From contig CAVUSI010000003.1 of the NCBI GenBank assembly GCA_963744115.1, positions 1,480,932 to 1,544,931 of the forward strand: 64,000 nucleotides of DNA. Reading direction: 5' to 3'. The notes beneath the pieces are model-generated. The model did not search any database, was not told the origin of the DNA, and saw nothing but the letters and a program-made list of their open reading frames with translations. A program made the position numbers and the translations under genes. This DNA comes from an uncultured Chloroflexia bacterium (GTDB lineage Bacteria > Chloroflexota > Limnocylindria > Limnocylindrales > CSP1-4). Each line of letters opens with the position of its first letter. Positions within the stretch are counted from its first letter, which is position 1. Below, piece after piece: positions 45,534 to 55,021 of this stretch.

Positions 45534-47185
45534 GGGTCCCGGCCGACCTGATCGTCGAGGGCCGGATCGCGACGCTGGGCGGCGACGTCGGGTTCGGCTG
45601 GGCCGAGGCCGTCGCGATCGCGGCCGGGCGGGTCGTGGCGGCCGGCCCGCGGGCCACGGTCGATGCGTCCGGCGGCCCCCGGACACGACGGCTCGTCCTC
45701 GGTCCGGACGAGGTGGCCATTCCCGGCCTGACGGACGCCCACCTGCACCTGGCCGATGCGTCGGTCTCAGCCTCCCGCATCGACCTGTCGGACGACCCCA
45801 CCCTCGGGGTCGGTCTGGTACGGATCCGGTCGGCGCACCTCGCGCTCGCCGACCCGGGGGCGTGGCTCCTCGGCCACGGCTGGGAGTCGGATCGGTGGGG
45901 CGGCTGGCCGACGGCCGATGACCTCGAGACGGTCGCGCCCGGTCGGGCGATCGCCCTGTGGGCGCACGACCATCATTCGCTGTGGACCAGCCGGACCGCG
46001 CTCGAGCGGGCCGGGGTCGACGACGGGACGCCGGACCCGGACGGCGGCCAGATCCGGCGCCGAGCCGATGGCACGCCCACCGGCGTCCTCCACGAAGCGG
46101 CGGCGAGCCTGGTCGCCCGCCGGATCCCTCCGCCCACGGCGGACGACCTCGTCGCGTCGATCCCGGCGGTCGCGCGCGAGCTCGTGGCGCTCGGGGTGGT
46201 GGCGGTCCACGATCCCGGAGACCTCGCCACGGATGCGACGCTGAGCGGCGCCTTCGCCGCCTACGCCCGGCTGGATGACGCCGGTTCGCTCCCGATCCGG
46301 GTCCATGCGAGCCTGCGCCAGGACGCGCTCGGCACCGCCACCGATCGGGGGCTTCGCAGCGGGATGAGGCTTGGTTCCGCCACGGACGGCCGAGTCCGCG
46401 TCGGCTGGTTGAAGCTGTTCGCCGACGGGTCGCTCGGGTCGCGGACCGCTGCCCTGCTCGAACCGTTCACCGTCGAACCGGACCGTCCGCTCGGACCCGG
46501 TCGCGAGCGAGGCATCTTCATCACGCTCCCTTCGGTCCTGGCCGAGCTGACGGCGCGTGCGGCCGGCGCCGGGATCGCGACGCAGATCCATGCGATCGGG
46601 GACGCGGCCCTGAGGGCGGCGCTCGATGCCCTCGGACCGCACGCCGGACGTCTCCCGCTCCGCCCGCGCGTCGAGCACGTCCAGCTCGTCGACCCGGCGG
46701 ACATGCCGCGGTTCGCGCGGCAGGGGATCGCGGCGTCGATCCAGCCGATCCACCTCCGGAGCGACGCCGCCCAAGCTCGCCGCCTGTGGGGTCCGCGCGC
46801 GGAGCCGTCGAGCTACCGCTGGCGGTCGCTGGCCGAGTCGGGTGCGCTCATCCCGTTCGGGACCGACGCACCCGTCGAACCGCTCGATCCGTGGCCCGGG
46901 ATCGCGATCGCCGTGACCCGTGCGGACTCCTCCTGGCCGCCGGGCAGCACGCCGTTCGGTCCCCACGAGTCGCTGACCCTCGCCCGGGCCATCCGGGCGG
47001 CCTGTCTCGACGCCGCGCTGGTCGCCGGTGAACCCGACCGCGGCCGGCTCGTGGCGGGGCATCGGGCGGACCTGGTCGTCCTGCCGGCCGCCGCGCTGGA
47101 GGAGCCGGTCGTCGTCGGTGGGCCGCTCACGACGGCTCGTCCGCGCCTGGTCCTCGTGGACGGTCGGACGATCTTCGAAGCCTGA
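45530..47185 (+). CDS. amidohydrolase-3 family metal-dependent hydrolase (YtcJ-like)
   Basis: ORF 45386..47185 trimmed to the ATG at 45530 (ATGA overlap). Motifs IPGLTDAHLHL, KLFADGSLGSRTA, HAIGDAA and FGTDAPVEP are present. Confidence 0.8.
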   Translation: MRVPADLIVEGRIATLGGDVGFGWAEAVAIAAGRVVAAGPRATVDASGGPRTRRLVLGPDEVAIPGLTDAHLHLADASVSASRIDLSDDPTLGVGLVRIRSAHLALADPGAWLLGHGWESDRWGGWPTADDLETVAPGRAIALWAHDHHSLWTSRTALERAGVDDGTPDPDGGQIRRRADGTPTGVLHEAAASLVARRIPPPTADDLVASIPAVARELVALGVVAVHDPGDLATDATLSGAFAAYARLDDAGSLPIRVHASLRQDALGTATDRGLRSGMRLGSATDGRVRVGWLKLFADGSLGSRTAALLEPFTVEPDRPLGPGRERGIFITLPSVLAELTARAAGAGIATQIHAIGDAALRAALDALGPHAGRLPLRPRVEHVQLVDPADMPRFARQGIAASIQPIHLRSDAAQARRLWGPRAEPSSYRWRSLAESGALIPFGTDAPVEPLDPWPGIAIAVTRADSSWPPGSTPFGPHESLTLARAIRAACLDAALVAGEPDRGRLVAGHRADLVVLPAAALEEPVVVGGPLTTARPRLVLVDGRTIFEA

Positions 47186-47192
47186 CCCACGC

Positions 47193-48020
47193 TCAGCCCG
47201 TGGTGGGCGCCCGCTGGCGCCGAGCCTCGTACAGCAGGACGGCGGCCGCCGTCGAGACGTTCAGGCTATCGGCCGACCCGTCCATCGGCAGCCGGACCGC
47301 GCGGACGCCCGGACCGGACCACGCGGCGGTCAGGCCGCCGGCCTCGCTGCCGAGGACGATCGCGATCGGGCCGGTGAGGTCGGTCTGGGTGTACAGCTCG
47401 GACCCGTCGATGCGGGCGACGACGATCCGGATCCGGCGCGACCGCAGCCAGGCGAGGGTCGCGGCCGTCGTCGCCGCCGCGACCGGGACGCTGAAGATCG
47501 TGCCGAGGCTGGCGCGGATCGCGTTCGGGTTGAACAGATCCGTCGTGGGATCCGCCGCGATGAGGCCGTCCGCGCCGGCACCGTCGGCGCTGCGCAGGAT
47601 CGCCCCGAGGTTCCCGGGCTTCTCCACGGCCTCGACGACGACCAGGAGGGGAGCCTCGGGCGGATCGAGCGCCGAGAGCTCGAGCGTGGGTCGGAGCGCG
47701 ATCCCGACCACGCCCTCCGCCCGATCGCCGAAGGCGAGCTTCGCGAACGCGGCCTCGGTGACCGGCACGTGACGCGGATCCGTCGGCGCGACCCGTTCGA
47801 GCAGGTCGTGGCAGGCGGGCGATCGGCAGAGCGGGGCGCAAACGAACAACGTCTCGAGCGTGACCCCGGCGTCGAGCGCCCGGAGCAGCTCGCGTGCTCC
47901 GTCGATGACGATCCTCCCGGTGCGGTCCCGTTCCCGACGCTCGCGCAGCGCGGCCGCGGCCCTCACCCGCGGGTTGGCCGGGCTGGCGATCGGGCCGCGC
48001 GGTCCGGTCATCGGCGCCAT
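47193..48020 (-). CDS. TrmH/SpoU-family RNA 2'-O-methyltransferase
   Basis: 275-aa ORF with the three SpoU motifs (KPGNLGAILRSADGAG; IVLGSEAGGL; SLNVSTAAAVLLYE). Confidence 0.85.
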   Translation of the reverse strand: MAPMTGPRGPIASPANPRVRAAAALRERRERDRTGRIVIDGARELLRALDAGVTLETLFVCAPLCRSPACHDLLERVAPTDPRHVPVTEAAFAKLAFGDRAEGVVGIALRPTLELSALDPPEAPLLVVVEAVEKPGNLGAILRSADGAGADGLIAADPTTDLFNPNAIRASLGTIFSVPVAAATTAATLAWLRSRRIRIVVARIDGSELYTQTDLTGPIAIVLGSEAGGLTAAWSGPGVRAVRLPMDGSADSLNVSTAAAVLLYEARRQRAPTTG

Positions 48021-48940
48021 CGGGCGACCGCCCCCAGCCCGAGGACGCGCCCGCTGTCGGCCGAGAGGCCGAGCTCATCGACCTCGATCGACCCTCCGCG
48101 ATCCGGGCCGAGCGCGTCGGCCAACGCCTGACCGAGGCGTTCGGCACCGAACCCCGGGGTGTGGGCCGACAGGACGACGAATGCCGGTCCGCCGCCGAGC
48201 AGGCCGGCACAGCCGGTCAGGAGCTCGGGCAGGTCGTCGGCCAGGCGCCAGGCGCTGCCGTCGGGGCCGTGCCCGAAGCTCGGCGGATCCAGGACGATCC
48301 CGTCGTACCGCCGATCGCGACGGGCTTCGCGTCGGACGAAGGCCGCGGCGTCGTCGGCCAGCCAGCGGATCGGTGCGGCCGCGATCCCGTTGAGCTCGGC
48401 ATTGCGGCGCGCCCACGAGAGCGACGGCCGCCCGGCGTCGACATGGACGACCCGTGCTCCGGCTGCGGCGGCCGCGAGCGTCGCGCCGCCGGTGTGGGCG
48501 AACAGGTTGAGGACCTCGACCGGATGTCCGTGCGGTGAACCTGCGACTCCCGACGAAGCCCCGGGTGGCTCGGACGAACCCGGATCGCCGGCCGCCTCGC
48601 CGCCGGCGTCCCGGACGCGGTCGGCCAGCCACGTCCAGATCGGGGCCTGCTCCGGGAAGCAGCCGACGCCGCCGGACGGCGTCAGGCGGAGCTCGAAGCT
48701 CAGCCCGCCGACCACCGCGGTCCACGGCGACTCCACCGAGGGGTCGACCGTGATCCATCGACCCGCGCCGGTGTCCCCGTCCCGTTCGAACCGCGCGTCG
48801 GCGGTGCTCCAAGAGGCGGGATCGCGGACGGGGAACCCGCCCTCGGCCACGGCCGGCCGGTCGACGATCCGATCGCCGAATCGTTCCAACCGGCGCATCT
48901 CACCGATGTCGAGCAAGCGGTAGGCGGCCGCGTCGTCCAT
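48008..48940 (-). CDS. class I SAM-dependent RNA methyltransferase (RlmI/RlmK-like)
   Basis: 310-aa ORF with VLNLFAHTGGATLAAAAAG and YDGIVLDPPSFG motifs. Confidence 0.7.
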   Translation of the reverse strand: MDDAAAYRLLDIGEMRRLERFGDRIVDRPAVAEGGFPVRDPASWSTADARFERDGDTGAGRWITVDPSVESPWTAVVGGLSFELRLTPSGGVGCFPEQAPIWTWLADRVRDAGGEAAGDPGSSEPPGASSGVAGSPHGHPVEVLNLFAHTGGATLAAAAAGARVVHVDAGRPSLSWARRNAELNGIAAAPIRWLADDAAAFVRREARRDRRYDGIVLDPPSFGHGPDGSAWRLADDLPELLTGCAGLLGGGPAFVVLSAHTPGFGAERLGQALADALGPDRGGSIEVDELGLSADSGRVLGLGAVARWRR

Positions 48941-49059
48941 CCCGACATGGTGACGGAAGCCCGACCGTGACGCGCCGGCGGGAACCGCCCGATCGTTTGT
49001 GACGTACCGCTGTCATCCGCCGGCGCTCCAGGACCGGCGACGCAGCGGAGAACACACGA

Positions 49060-49611
49060 ATGATCACGATCGACCGCCCAGGTGGGTTCTTCCGAGGGCT
49101 GGCCCTCGCGTCGGCCACCCTCGTCTTCGTCGCCGCCTGCTCGAGCAGCGGGGCGACTCCGACCCCGGTCGCCACCACGGCTCCGACCGTTGCCCCGACC
49201 GCGGCTCCCGCGTCGGCCGCCCCGGCATCGGCGGCCCCACCTTCCGCAGCGCCGGCATCGGCTGCCGCTGGCGGATCGAACGAGGTCGACATGGCCACCG
49301 TCACCGCCGGAGCGTCCCTCGTCGGCGACGGTGGCAAGACCCTCTACATCTTCAAGAAGGACACCACGCCGGGGACCAGCGCCTGCACCGGCACCTGCGC
49401 GACGAATTGGCCGCCGTTCACGACGACCTCCGCCGCCACCCTCAAGGCGGGCGCCGGCGTCACCGGGAAGCTCGGGACGATCAAGCGCGACGACGGCTCC
49501 GACCAGGTCACCTACAACGGAGCGCCGCTCTACTACTACGCTGCCGACACGAAGGCCGGCGACAGCACCGGCCAGGGCGTCGGGGGGATCTGGTTCATCG
49601 CGGCTCCGTAA
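49060..49611 (+). CDS. lipoprotein with COG4315 'secreted repeat' domains
   Basis: 183-aa ORF with a lipobox (LVFVAAC) and an Ala/Pro linker. Motifs GKTLYIFKKDT...ACTGTCATNWPP and QVTYNGAPLYYYAADTKAGDSTGQG are present. Confidence 0.8.
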   Translation: MITIDRPGGFFRGLALASATLVFVAACSSSGATPTPVATTAPTVAPTAAPASAAPASAAPPSAAPASAAAGGSNEVDMATVTAGASLVGDGGKTLYIFKKDTTPGTSACTGTCATNWPPFTTTSAATLKAGAGVTGKLGTIKRDDGSDQVTYNGAPLYYYAADTKAGDSTGQGVGGIWFIAAP

Positions 49612-49758
49612 CGAGTCGTCCCACGGGTCGGGAGCGTCGTCGACGGGGGGACGGCGCTCGCGATCCCAACAATGTGGCGCGCTCGGGCGGGATCACGATG
49701 CCCGGCAACGGTATCGTGATGCCCCGGCATCGACCCACGGCCTGAGGAGACGAGCGCC

Positions 49759-50112
49759 ATGATCAGCGGTGTCCACGCCATCGTCTTCAGCGAGGCGGCA
49801 GATCAGGTGCGTGCCTTCTTCCGGGACACCCTGGGCCTCGAACATGTGGACGCGGGTGGCGGTTGGCTTGTCTTTGCCCTACCGCCAGCCGAACTCGCGG
49901 TTCACCCGGGCGAGGCGTCGAGACATGAGCTCTATCTGATGAGCGACGACCTCGAATCGACGATCGCGGAGTTGGTCGCCAAGGGGGTGCGGCCGGTCGG
50001 ACCTGTCCGCGAGCAGGTGTGGGGCCGCGTGACGACCCTGGGACTCCCCGATGGCTCAGAGATCGGCCTCTATCAGCCGACCCACCCGCGGCCCGGCGCG
50101 CCGACGCCCTGA
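49759..50112 (+). CDS. VOC/glyoxalase-family protein
   Basis: 117-aa ORF. Sequence VHAIVFSEAADQVRAFFRDTLGL...GLPDGSEIGLYQP is typical of a single VOC module. Confidence 0.75.
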   Translation: MISGVHAIVFSEAADQVRAFFRDTLGLEHVDAGGGWLVFALPPAELAVHPGEASRHELYLMSDDLESTIAELVAKGVRPVGPVREQVWGRVTTLGLPDGSEIGLYQPTHPRPGAPTP

Positions 50113-50175
50113 GCATCAGGTACGGCGCGACGCTGCGGTATCATTCCCGGGCGGCGCGACGGAACCGCGCCGCAT

Positions 50176-50252
50176 GGGCGGCTAGCTCAGTTGGTTAGAG
50201 CACTTGCTTGACATGCAAGAGGTCACTGGTTCGAGCCCAGTGTCGCCCACCA
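50176..50252 (+). tRNA. tRNA-Val (anticodon GAC)
   Basis: 77-nt cloverleaf folded by hand. Acceptor stem is GGGCGGC/GTCGCCC, the anticodon arm is CTTGC-TTGACAT-GCAAG, the T arm is ACTGG-TTCGAGC-CCAGT, and the CCA is encoded. Confidence 0.9.
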
Positions 50253-50466
50253 GATCGAACGCTTGGAGCGGGACACGCACCCGGGACCGACGGGTCACCA
50301 GAGAGCCGCGGCAGCGCTGAGAGTCGCGACGTCCGAGCCCGGGAGGCACCACCCGCGAGCGACCGGAGAACCGGCCCGGGATCCGCCCGTTAGCGCGGTA
50401 CGAGCGTGCGACCGCACGGACCGTCCGGGTCCGTCGTCGCGAAGGCGGGTGGGACCGCGGGAGCTG

Positions 50467-50496
50467 AGCCTCTCGTCCTGTCGAAGGCGAGAGGCT
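50467..50496 (+). promoter_or_regulatory. 9-bp stem hairpin immediately upstream of thrS start
   Basis: agcctctcg (50467..50475) pairs with cgagaggct (50488..50496). The 12-nt loop is tcctgtcgaagg. Sits 24 nt before the ATG at 50520. Confidence 0.4.
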
Positions 50497-50519
50497 TCAT
50501 GATTCTCGGAGGGACGACG

Positions 50520-52355
50520 ATGACGGACGAGGCACACGACGAGGAGGAGCTCCTCGAAGCGCCGGAACGCGGCTCGGCCGACGAGCTCCTCGACGCAGGA
50601 GCGATCGACGCGCTCGGGCCGATGCGTCACTCCGCTGCCCACGTGATGGCCGAGGCGGTCATGGACCTGTTCCCGGGCGCGAAGCTCGGGATCGGTCCGG
50701 CGATCGCTGACGGCTTCTACTACGACTTCGAGCTGCCCCGCCCGCTGACACCCGACGACCTGGTCTCGATCGAGGCACGGATGGCGTCGAGCATCGCCGC
50801 CGATCATCCGATCATCCGACACGAGCTCCCGCCCGCTGAGGGTCGGGCGTTCTTCGCCGAGCGCGACCAGCCGTTCAAGGTCGAGATCCTCGATGACCTG
50901 GCGGCCAAGGCGGAGGCGAGCGGCGAGCCGATGCCGCCGACGTCCACCTTCGGGCACGGTCCGTTCGTCGACCTGTGCAAGGGACCGCATGTCGCCAGTA
51001 CCGGCATGATCGGCCCGTACAAGCTGCTGAGCGTGGCCGGCGCCTATTGGCGCGGCGACGAGAAGCGCCCGATGCTCCAGCGCATCTATGGCACCGTGTG
51101 GGGCACGCAGGACCAGCTCGACCAGTACCTGTGGCGACGGGCCGAGGCGAAGAAGCGCGACCATCGCCGGCTCGGTGTCCAGCTCGACCTGTACAGCTTC
51201 CACGACGTCTCGCCGGGCTCCGCCTTCTGGCACCCGAAGGGTCAGCGGATCTGGCGCACGCTCGAGAGCGCGATGCGCGAGCTGCAGGACCGGCACGGCT
51301 ACCAGGAGATCTCCACCCCGATCCTGGTCAACCACCGGTTGTGGGAGCAGTCCGGCCACTGGGACCACTACCGCGACAACATGTTCATCCTCGACATCGA
51401 GGGCCAGGCCTACTCGCTCAAGCCGATGAACTGTCCCGAGAGCACGTTCATCTATCGAGCCCGGACCCGGTCGTACCGGGACCTGCCACTGCGGCTGTCG
51501 GAGTACGGCCGGCTGCATCGCAACGAGCGGAGCGGCGTCCTCCATGGCCTCACCCGCGTCCGACACTTCATCCAGGACGACGCCCACATCTACGTGCGCC
51601 CGGACCAGCTCGCCGACGAGATCGGCGCGCTCCTGTCGATGGTCAAGGAGTCGTACGGCTGGTTCGGTCTCGAGCCTCGCTATGCGTTCGCCACGAAGCC
51701 GGACGGAGCCATCGGAGACGCAGCCCTGTGGGAGCGCGCCGAGACGCTGATCCGATCGGCCCTGGACGACTCCGGGGTGAGCTACACGGTCAAGCCCAAG
51801 GACGGCACCTTCTACGCGCCGAAGATCGACATCTACATCGACGACGCGCTCGGCCGGGAGTGGCAGATGGCCACCATCCAGGCGGACCTGACGATGCTCC
51901 CGGAGCGGTTCGACCTGACCTACATCGATGAGCACGGCCAACCCCAGCGGCCGATCGCGATCCACCGAGCCATCTACGGCTCGCTCGAGCGCTTCATCGG
52001 GATCCTGATCGAGCACTTCGCGGGTGCGCTGCCGCTCTGGGTCGCGCCGGTCCAGGCCGTCGTGATCCCGATCGCGGACCGGCACATCCCGGCCGCCAGC
52101 GAGCTGGCTGGGATCCTGGGTGGGCGCGGCCTCCGCGTCGAGGTCGACGAGTCCGACAACCGGATGCAGAACAAGATCCGGCTGGCGCAGGAGCAGAAGG
52201 TCCCGTACATGCTCGTCCTGGGCGACCGCGAGGTCGAGGCTCGGACGGCCGCGCCCCGGGCGCGCGGCGCTGCCCGCGGAGAGCAGCAGGAGGCGATCGG
52301 CTGGGAGATCCTCGCGGAACGCCTCGCCGCGGAGGCCGCCAGCCGGCAGCTCTGA
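50520..52355 (+). CDS. thrS: threonyl-tRNA synthetase (no TGS domain)
   Basis: ORF 50406..52355. The ATG at 50520 follows GGAGGG; an alternative ATG lies at 50499. Has the editing motif RHSAAHVMAEA, class II motifs (FHDVSPGSAFWHPKG; RLSEYGRLHRNE; HGLTRVRHFIQDDAHIY) and an anticodon-binding C-terminus. Confidence 0.9.
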   Translation: MTDEAHDEEELLEAPERGSADELLDAGAIDALGPMRHSAAHVMAEAVMDLFPGAKLGIGPAIADGFYYDFELPRPLTPDDLVSIEARMASSIAADHPIIRHELPPAEGRAFFAERDQPFKVEILDDLAAKAEASGEPMPPTSTFGHGPFVDLCKGPHVASTGMIGPYKLLSVAGAYWRGDEKRPMLQRIYGTVWGTQDQLDQYLWRRAEAKKRDHRRLGVQLDLYSFHDVSPGSAFWHPKGQRIWRTLESAMRELQDRHGYQEISTPILVNHRLWEQSGHWDHYRDNMFILDIEGQAYSLKPMNCPESTFIYRARTRSYRDLPLRLSEYGRLHRNERSGVLHGLTRVRHFIQDDAHIYVRPDQLADEIGALLSMVKESYGWFGLEPRYAFATKPDGAIGDAALWERAETLIRSALDDSGVSYTVKPKDGTFYAPKIDIYIDDALGREWQMATIQADLTMLPERFDLTYIDEHGQPQRPIAIHRAIYGSLERFIGILIEHFAGALPLWVAPVQAVVIPIADRHIPAASELAGILGGRGLRVEVDESDNRMQNKIRLAQEQKVPYMLVLGDREVEARTAAPRARGAARGEQQEAIGWEILAERLAAEAASRQL

Positions 52356-52475
52356 CCCGCGGTTGGCCGCGGCAGAACCCCTGTGCTATCCTCGCCGCTT
52401 GCGACCTCGGCCCTGCCGAGCCGCGCCCGCGCGACTGTCCGCGCATCGACCGAGCACGCACGAAGGGGTTCGACC

Positions 52476-53393
52476 ATCAGCCGAGACCTGCGAGTCAATC
52501 AGATGATCCGGATCCCACAGGTTCGGGTCGTGGATGAAGAGGGAGCCCAGCTGGGCGTCATGCCGACGCCACAGGCCCTTGAGATGGCGCAGGAACGGGG
52601 GTTGGACCTCGTCGAAGTCGCGCCGATGGCATCGCCGCCGGTGGTCAAGTTCCTCGACTTCGGGCAGTACAAGTACGAGCTCACCAAGCGTGACAAGGAG
52701 GCCAAGCGGAAGCAACGCTCGGTGACCTTCAAGGAGGTCCGGCTCAAGCCGAAGATCGGCGTGGGCGACTTCGACACGAAGGTCCGGCGAGCGATCCAGT
52801 TCCTCGAGGAGGGGGATCGGATCAAGGTCGCCGTCCAGTTCCGCGGTCGTGAGCTGACCCACCCGGAGATCGGGCGGGCCCTCCTGGCGCGGTTCTCCGA
52901 CCAGATCAAGGACCACGGCGCCGTCGAACGGGCACCGCTCCTCGAGGGCAAGTCGATGCACATCACGGTGGCGTCGACCCACAAGCCGAAGGTCGTCGAG
53001 CACGTTTCGAAGCACCCGACCGAGATCGATGCCGACGCTCCGGCTCCGGCTCCGGCTGCCAGCCCGGCTCCGGCCGCGGCCCCAGCCGAGGCCCCGGCCG
53101 CCGCCCCAGCTCCGGCTCCGGTCGCCGAGCCCGAGGTTCCCGGACCCGCGGCTGCTGCCACCGAGACCGAGGTCGAGGCTCCCGCACCGATCGAGACCCC
53201 GGAGCCGAAGCCGACGACACTCCCGGCGCGGGCCGAACCGAAGACACCACGAGCCAAGGCGGAACCGAAGACCAGGACGACGGACGGCCCGGCCGCGGTG
53301 GCCGCGGCCGGGACCACGCCGGCGCCGAGGCCGGCTCGAACCAGGAAGACGACCGAACCCGGGGCAGCCACCCCGGCCACAGCTGGAGAGTGA
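52476..53393 (+). CDS. infC: translation initiation factor IF-3 with long Ala/Pro-rich C-terminal tail
   Basis: Conserved N-terminus (I)SRDLRVNQMIRIPQVRVVDEEG begins at ATC 52476, 7 nt after GAAGGGG. The IF3 N and C domains are present (VKFLDFGQYKYE; VRLKPKIGVGDFDTK; VQFRGRELTHPE). About 130 further residues of AP-rich sequence follow. Confidence 0.85.
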   Translation: MSRDLRVNQMIRIPQVRVVDEEGAQLGVMPTPQALEMAQERGLDLVEVAPMASPPVVKFLDFGQYKYELTKRDKEAKRKQRSVTFKEVRLKPKIGVGDFDTKVRRAIQFLEEGDRIKVAVQFRGRELTHPEIGRALLARFSDQIKDHGAVERAPLLEGKSMHITVASTHKPKVVEHVSKHPTEIDADAPAPAPAASPAPAAAPAEAPAAAPAPAPVAEPEVPGPAAAATETEVEAPAPIETPEPKPTTLPARAEPKTPRAKAEPKTRTTDGPAAVAAAGTTPAPRPARTRKTTEPGAATPATAGE

Positions 53394-53400
53394 GGCGACC

Positions 53401-53604
53401 GTGCCGAAGATGAAGACACACAAGGCGGCTGCCAAGCGGATCGGCGTGACCGGGAGCGGCAAGGCGTTCCGGGTCAACAGCTGGCGCGGCCACCACCTCG
53501 AGATCAAGTCGTCGCGGCGGACCCGACGCTACGCCGGCAAGACGGTCATCGGGACCGAGCATGCGAAACAGGTCCGACGCCTGCTCCCGTATCTCGGCAA
53601 GTAG
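53401..53604 (+). CDS. rpmI: 50S ribosomal protein L35
   Basis: Starts at the GTG at 53401. Product begins (M)PKMKTHKAAAKRIGVTGSGK... Confidence 0.9.
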   Translation: MPKMKTHKAAAKRIGVTGSGKAFRVNSWRGHHLEIKSSRRTRRYAGKTVIGTEHAKQVRRLLPYLGK

Positions 53605-53619
53605 GAGCAGACCGACCTC

Positions 53620-53970
53620 ATGGCACGAGTCAAACGGGGCGTCACGGCCCACAAGCGCCACAAGCGCCTCCTCAACGCATCCGAGGGCCGGAAGGGCACC
53701 AAGTCGCGCCTGATCAAGCCGGCGCGCGAGGCGACCCTTCACGCGCTCGCCTACGCGACCCGCGACCGGAAGCAGCGCAAGCGTCAGATGCGCGAGCTGT
53801 GGATCGTCCGGATCAACGCGGCCGCACGCCTCAACGGTCTGACCTACGGCGCGCTCATCTCCGGGCTGAAGCGGGCGGACATCGAGATCGACCGCAAGAT
53901 CCTCGCCGACCTTGCCGTCCGCGATGCCGCGACCTTCGGGAAGATCGCCGAGGCCGCGCGCACCGCCTAG
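53620..53970 (+). CDS. rplT: 50S ribosomal protein L20
   Basis: 116-aa [21 protein letters not shown]...RKILADLAV. Confidence 0.95.
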   Translation: MARVKRGVTAHKRHKRLLNASEGRKGTKSRLIKPAREATLHALAYATRDRKQRKRQMRELWIVRINAAARLNGLTYGALISGLKRADIEIDRKILADLAVRDAATFGKIAEAARTA

Positions 53971-53980
53971 ATCCCGCCCG

Positions 53981-55021
53981 GTGGACCTGGCCGACCTCAC
54001 CCACGACCTCGAGACGCTGCGCGACGACGCGCTCAAGGCGATCGCGACCGCCCCGGATCGGGCGTCGCTCCAGGCGCTCGAGGTCGACATCCTCGGCAAG
54101 AAAGGCCGCCTGACGCTCGTCTCGCGCGGCATCGGAGCCCTCCCGGCGGAGGACCGTCCGAAGGTCGGCGCGATCGCCAACCCCGTCCGCCAGGCGATCG
54201 AGACGGCCCTCGCCGAGCGGGACGCCGTGCTCCACGCCGGGGCACTCGAGGACCGCCTGCGCACCGAGGCGGTCGATGTCACGACGCCGGGCCGACCGGT
54301 CGCGCGGGGGACCCTCCACCCCAGTCTCGAGGCGATGCGCGAGATCGCGGACATCTTCGCCAGGTTCGGGTTCACGGTCTACGAGTCGCCCGAGATCGAG
54401 GACGACGTCACCAACTTCCAGCTCCTCAACATCCCGCCGGATCACCCGGCCCGCGACCTGTGGGACACGCTCTACGTCGACCTCCCGGGTCACCTCCTGC
54501 GGACTCACACGTCGCCGGGCCAGATCCGGGTCATGCGCGCGACCCGACCGCCGATCCGGGCGCTCCTTCCCGGCCGCTGCTTCCGCTACGAGGCCGTCGA
54601 TGCGTCGCACGGCTTCGAGTTCTTCCAGGTCGAGGGCCTGATGGTCGACGAGGGCACGACGATGGGCGACCTGCGCGGTCTGCTCGACGAGTTCGCCCGG
54701 GCGATGTTCGGAGCCGGTCGGAAGACACGGTTCCGGCCGGGCTACTACCCGTTCACCGAGCCGTCGGTGGCATTCGACGTCGAATGCCTGGTGTGCGGCG
54801 GCGTCGGCTGCCCGGCCTGCGGGCGGACGGGCTGGATGACCATCCTCGGGGCAGGCATGGTCCATCCGGTGGTCCTTCGGTCCGGCGGCCTCGATCCGGA
54901 GCGCTACCAGGGATTCGCGTTCGGGATGGGCCCCGAGCGGATGAAGATGCTCAAGCACGGGATCACCGACCTGCGCCTGTTCATGGACGATGACCTGCGC
55001 TTCCTCGGCCAATTCCGGTGA
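53981..55021 (+). CDS. pheS: phenylalanyl-tRNA synthetase alpha subunit
   Basis: ORF 53912..55021 trimmed to the GTG at 53981. Motifs HPARDLWDT, RTHTSPGQIR, FRYEAVDASH and GAGMVHP are present. Confidence 0.9.
   Translation: MDLADLTHDLETLRDDALKAIATAPDRASLQALEVDILGKKGRLTLVSRGIGALPAEDRPKVGAIANPVRQAIETALAERDAVLHAGALEDRLRTEAVDVTTPGRPVARGTLHPSLEAMREIADIFARFGFTVYESPEIEDDVTNFQLLNIPPDHPARDLWDTLYVDLPGHLLRTHTSPGQIRVMRATRPPIRALLPGRCFRYEAVDASHGFEFFQVEGLMVDEGTTMGDLRGLLDEFARAMFGAGRKTRFRPGYYPFTEPSVAFDVECLVCGGVGCPACGRTGWMTILGAGMVHPVVLRSGGLDPERYQGFAFGMGPERMKMLKHGITDLRLFMDDDLRFLGQFR

Noticed and set aside
49692-49720. The inverted repeat atcacgat-N13-atcgtgat (with gatgcccgg / gatgccccgg direct repeats) upstream of the VOC gene as an operator.
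   Set aside because: It has only 8-bp arms, no adjacent regulator gene and no second line of evidence.
52358-52373. The CCGCGG-ttgg-CCGCGG hairpin after thrS as an intrinsic terminator or infC leader element.
   Set aside because: It has no U-tract and is short. CCGCGG palindromes are expected by chance at this GC content.
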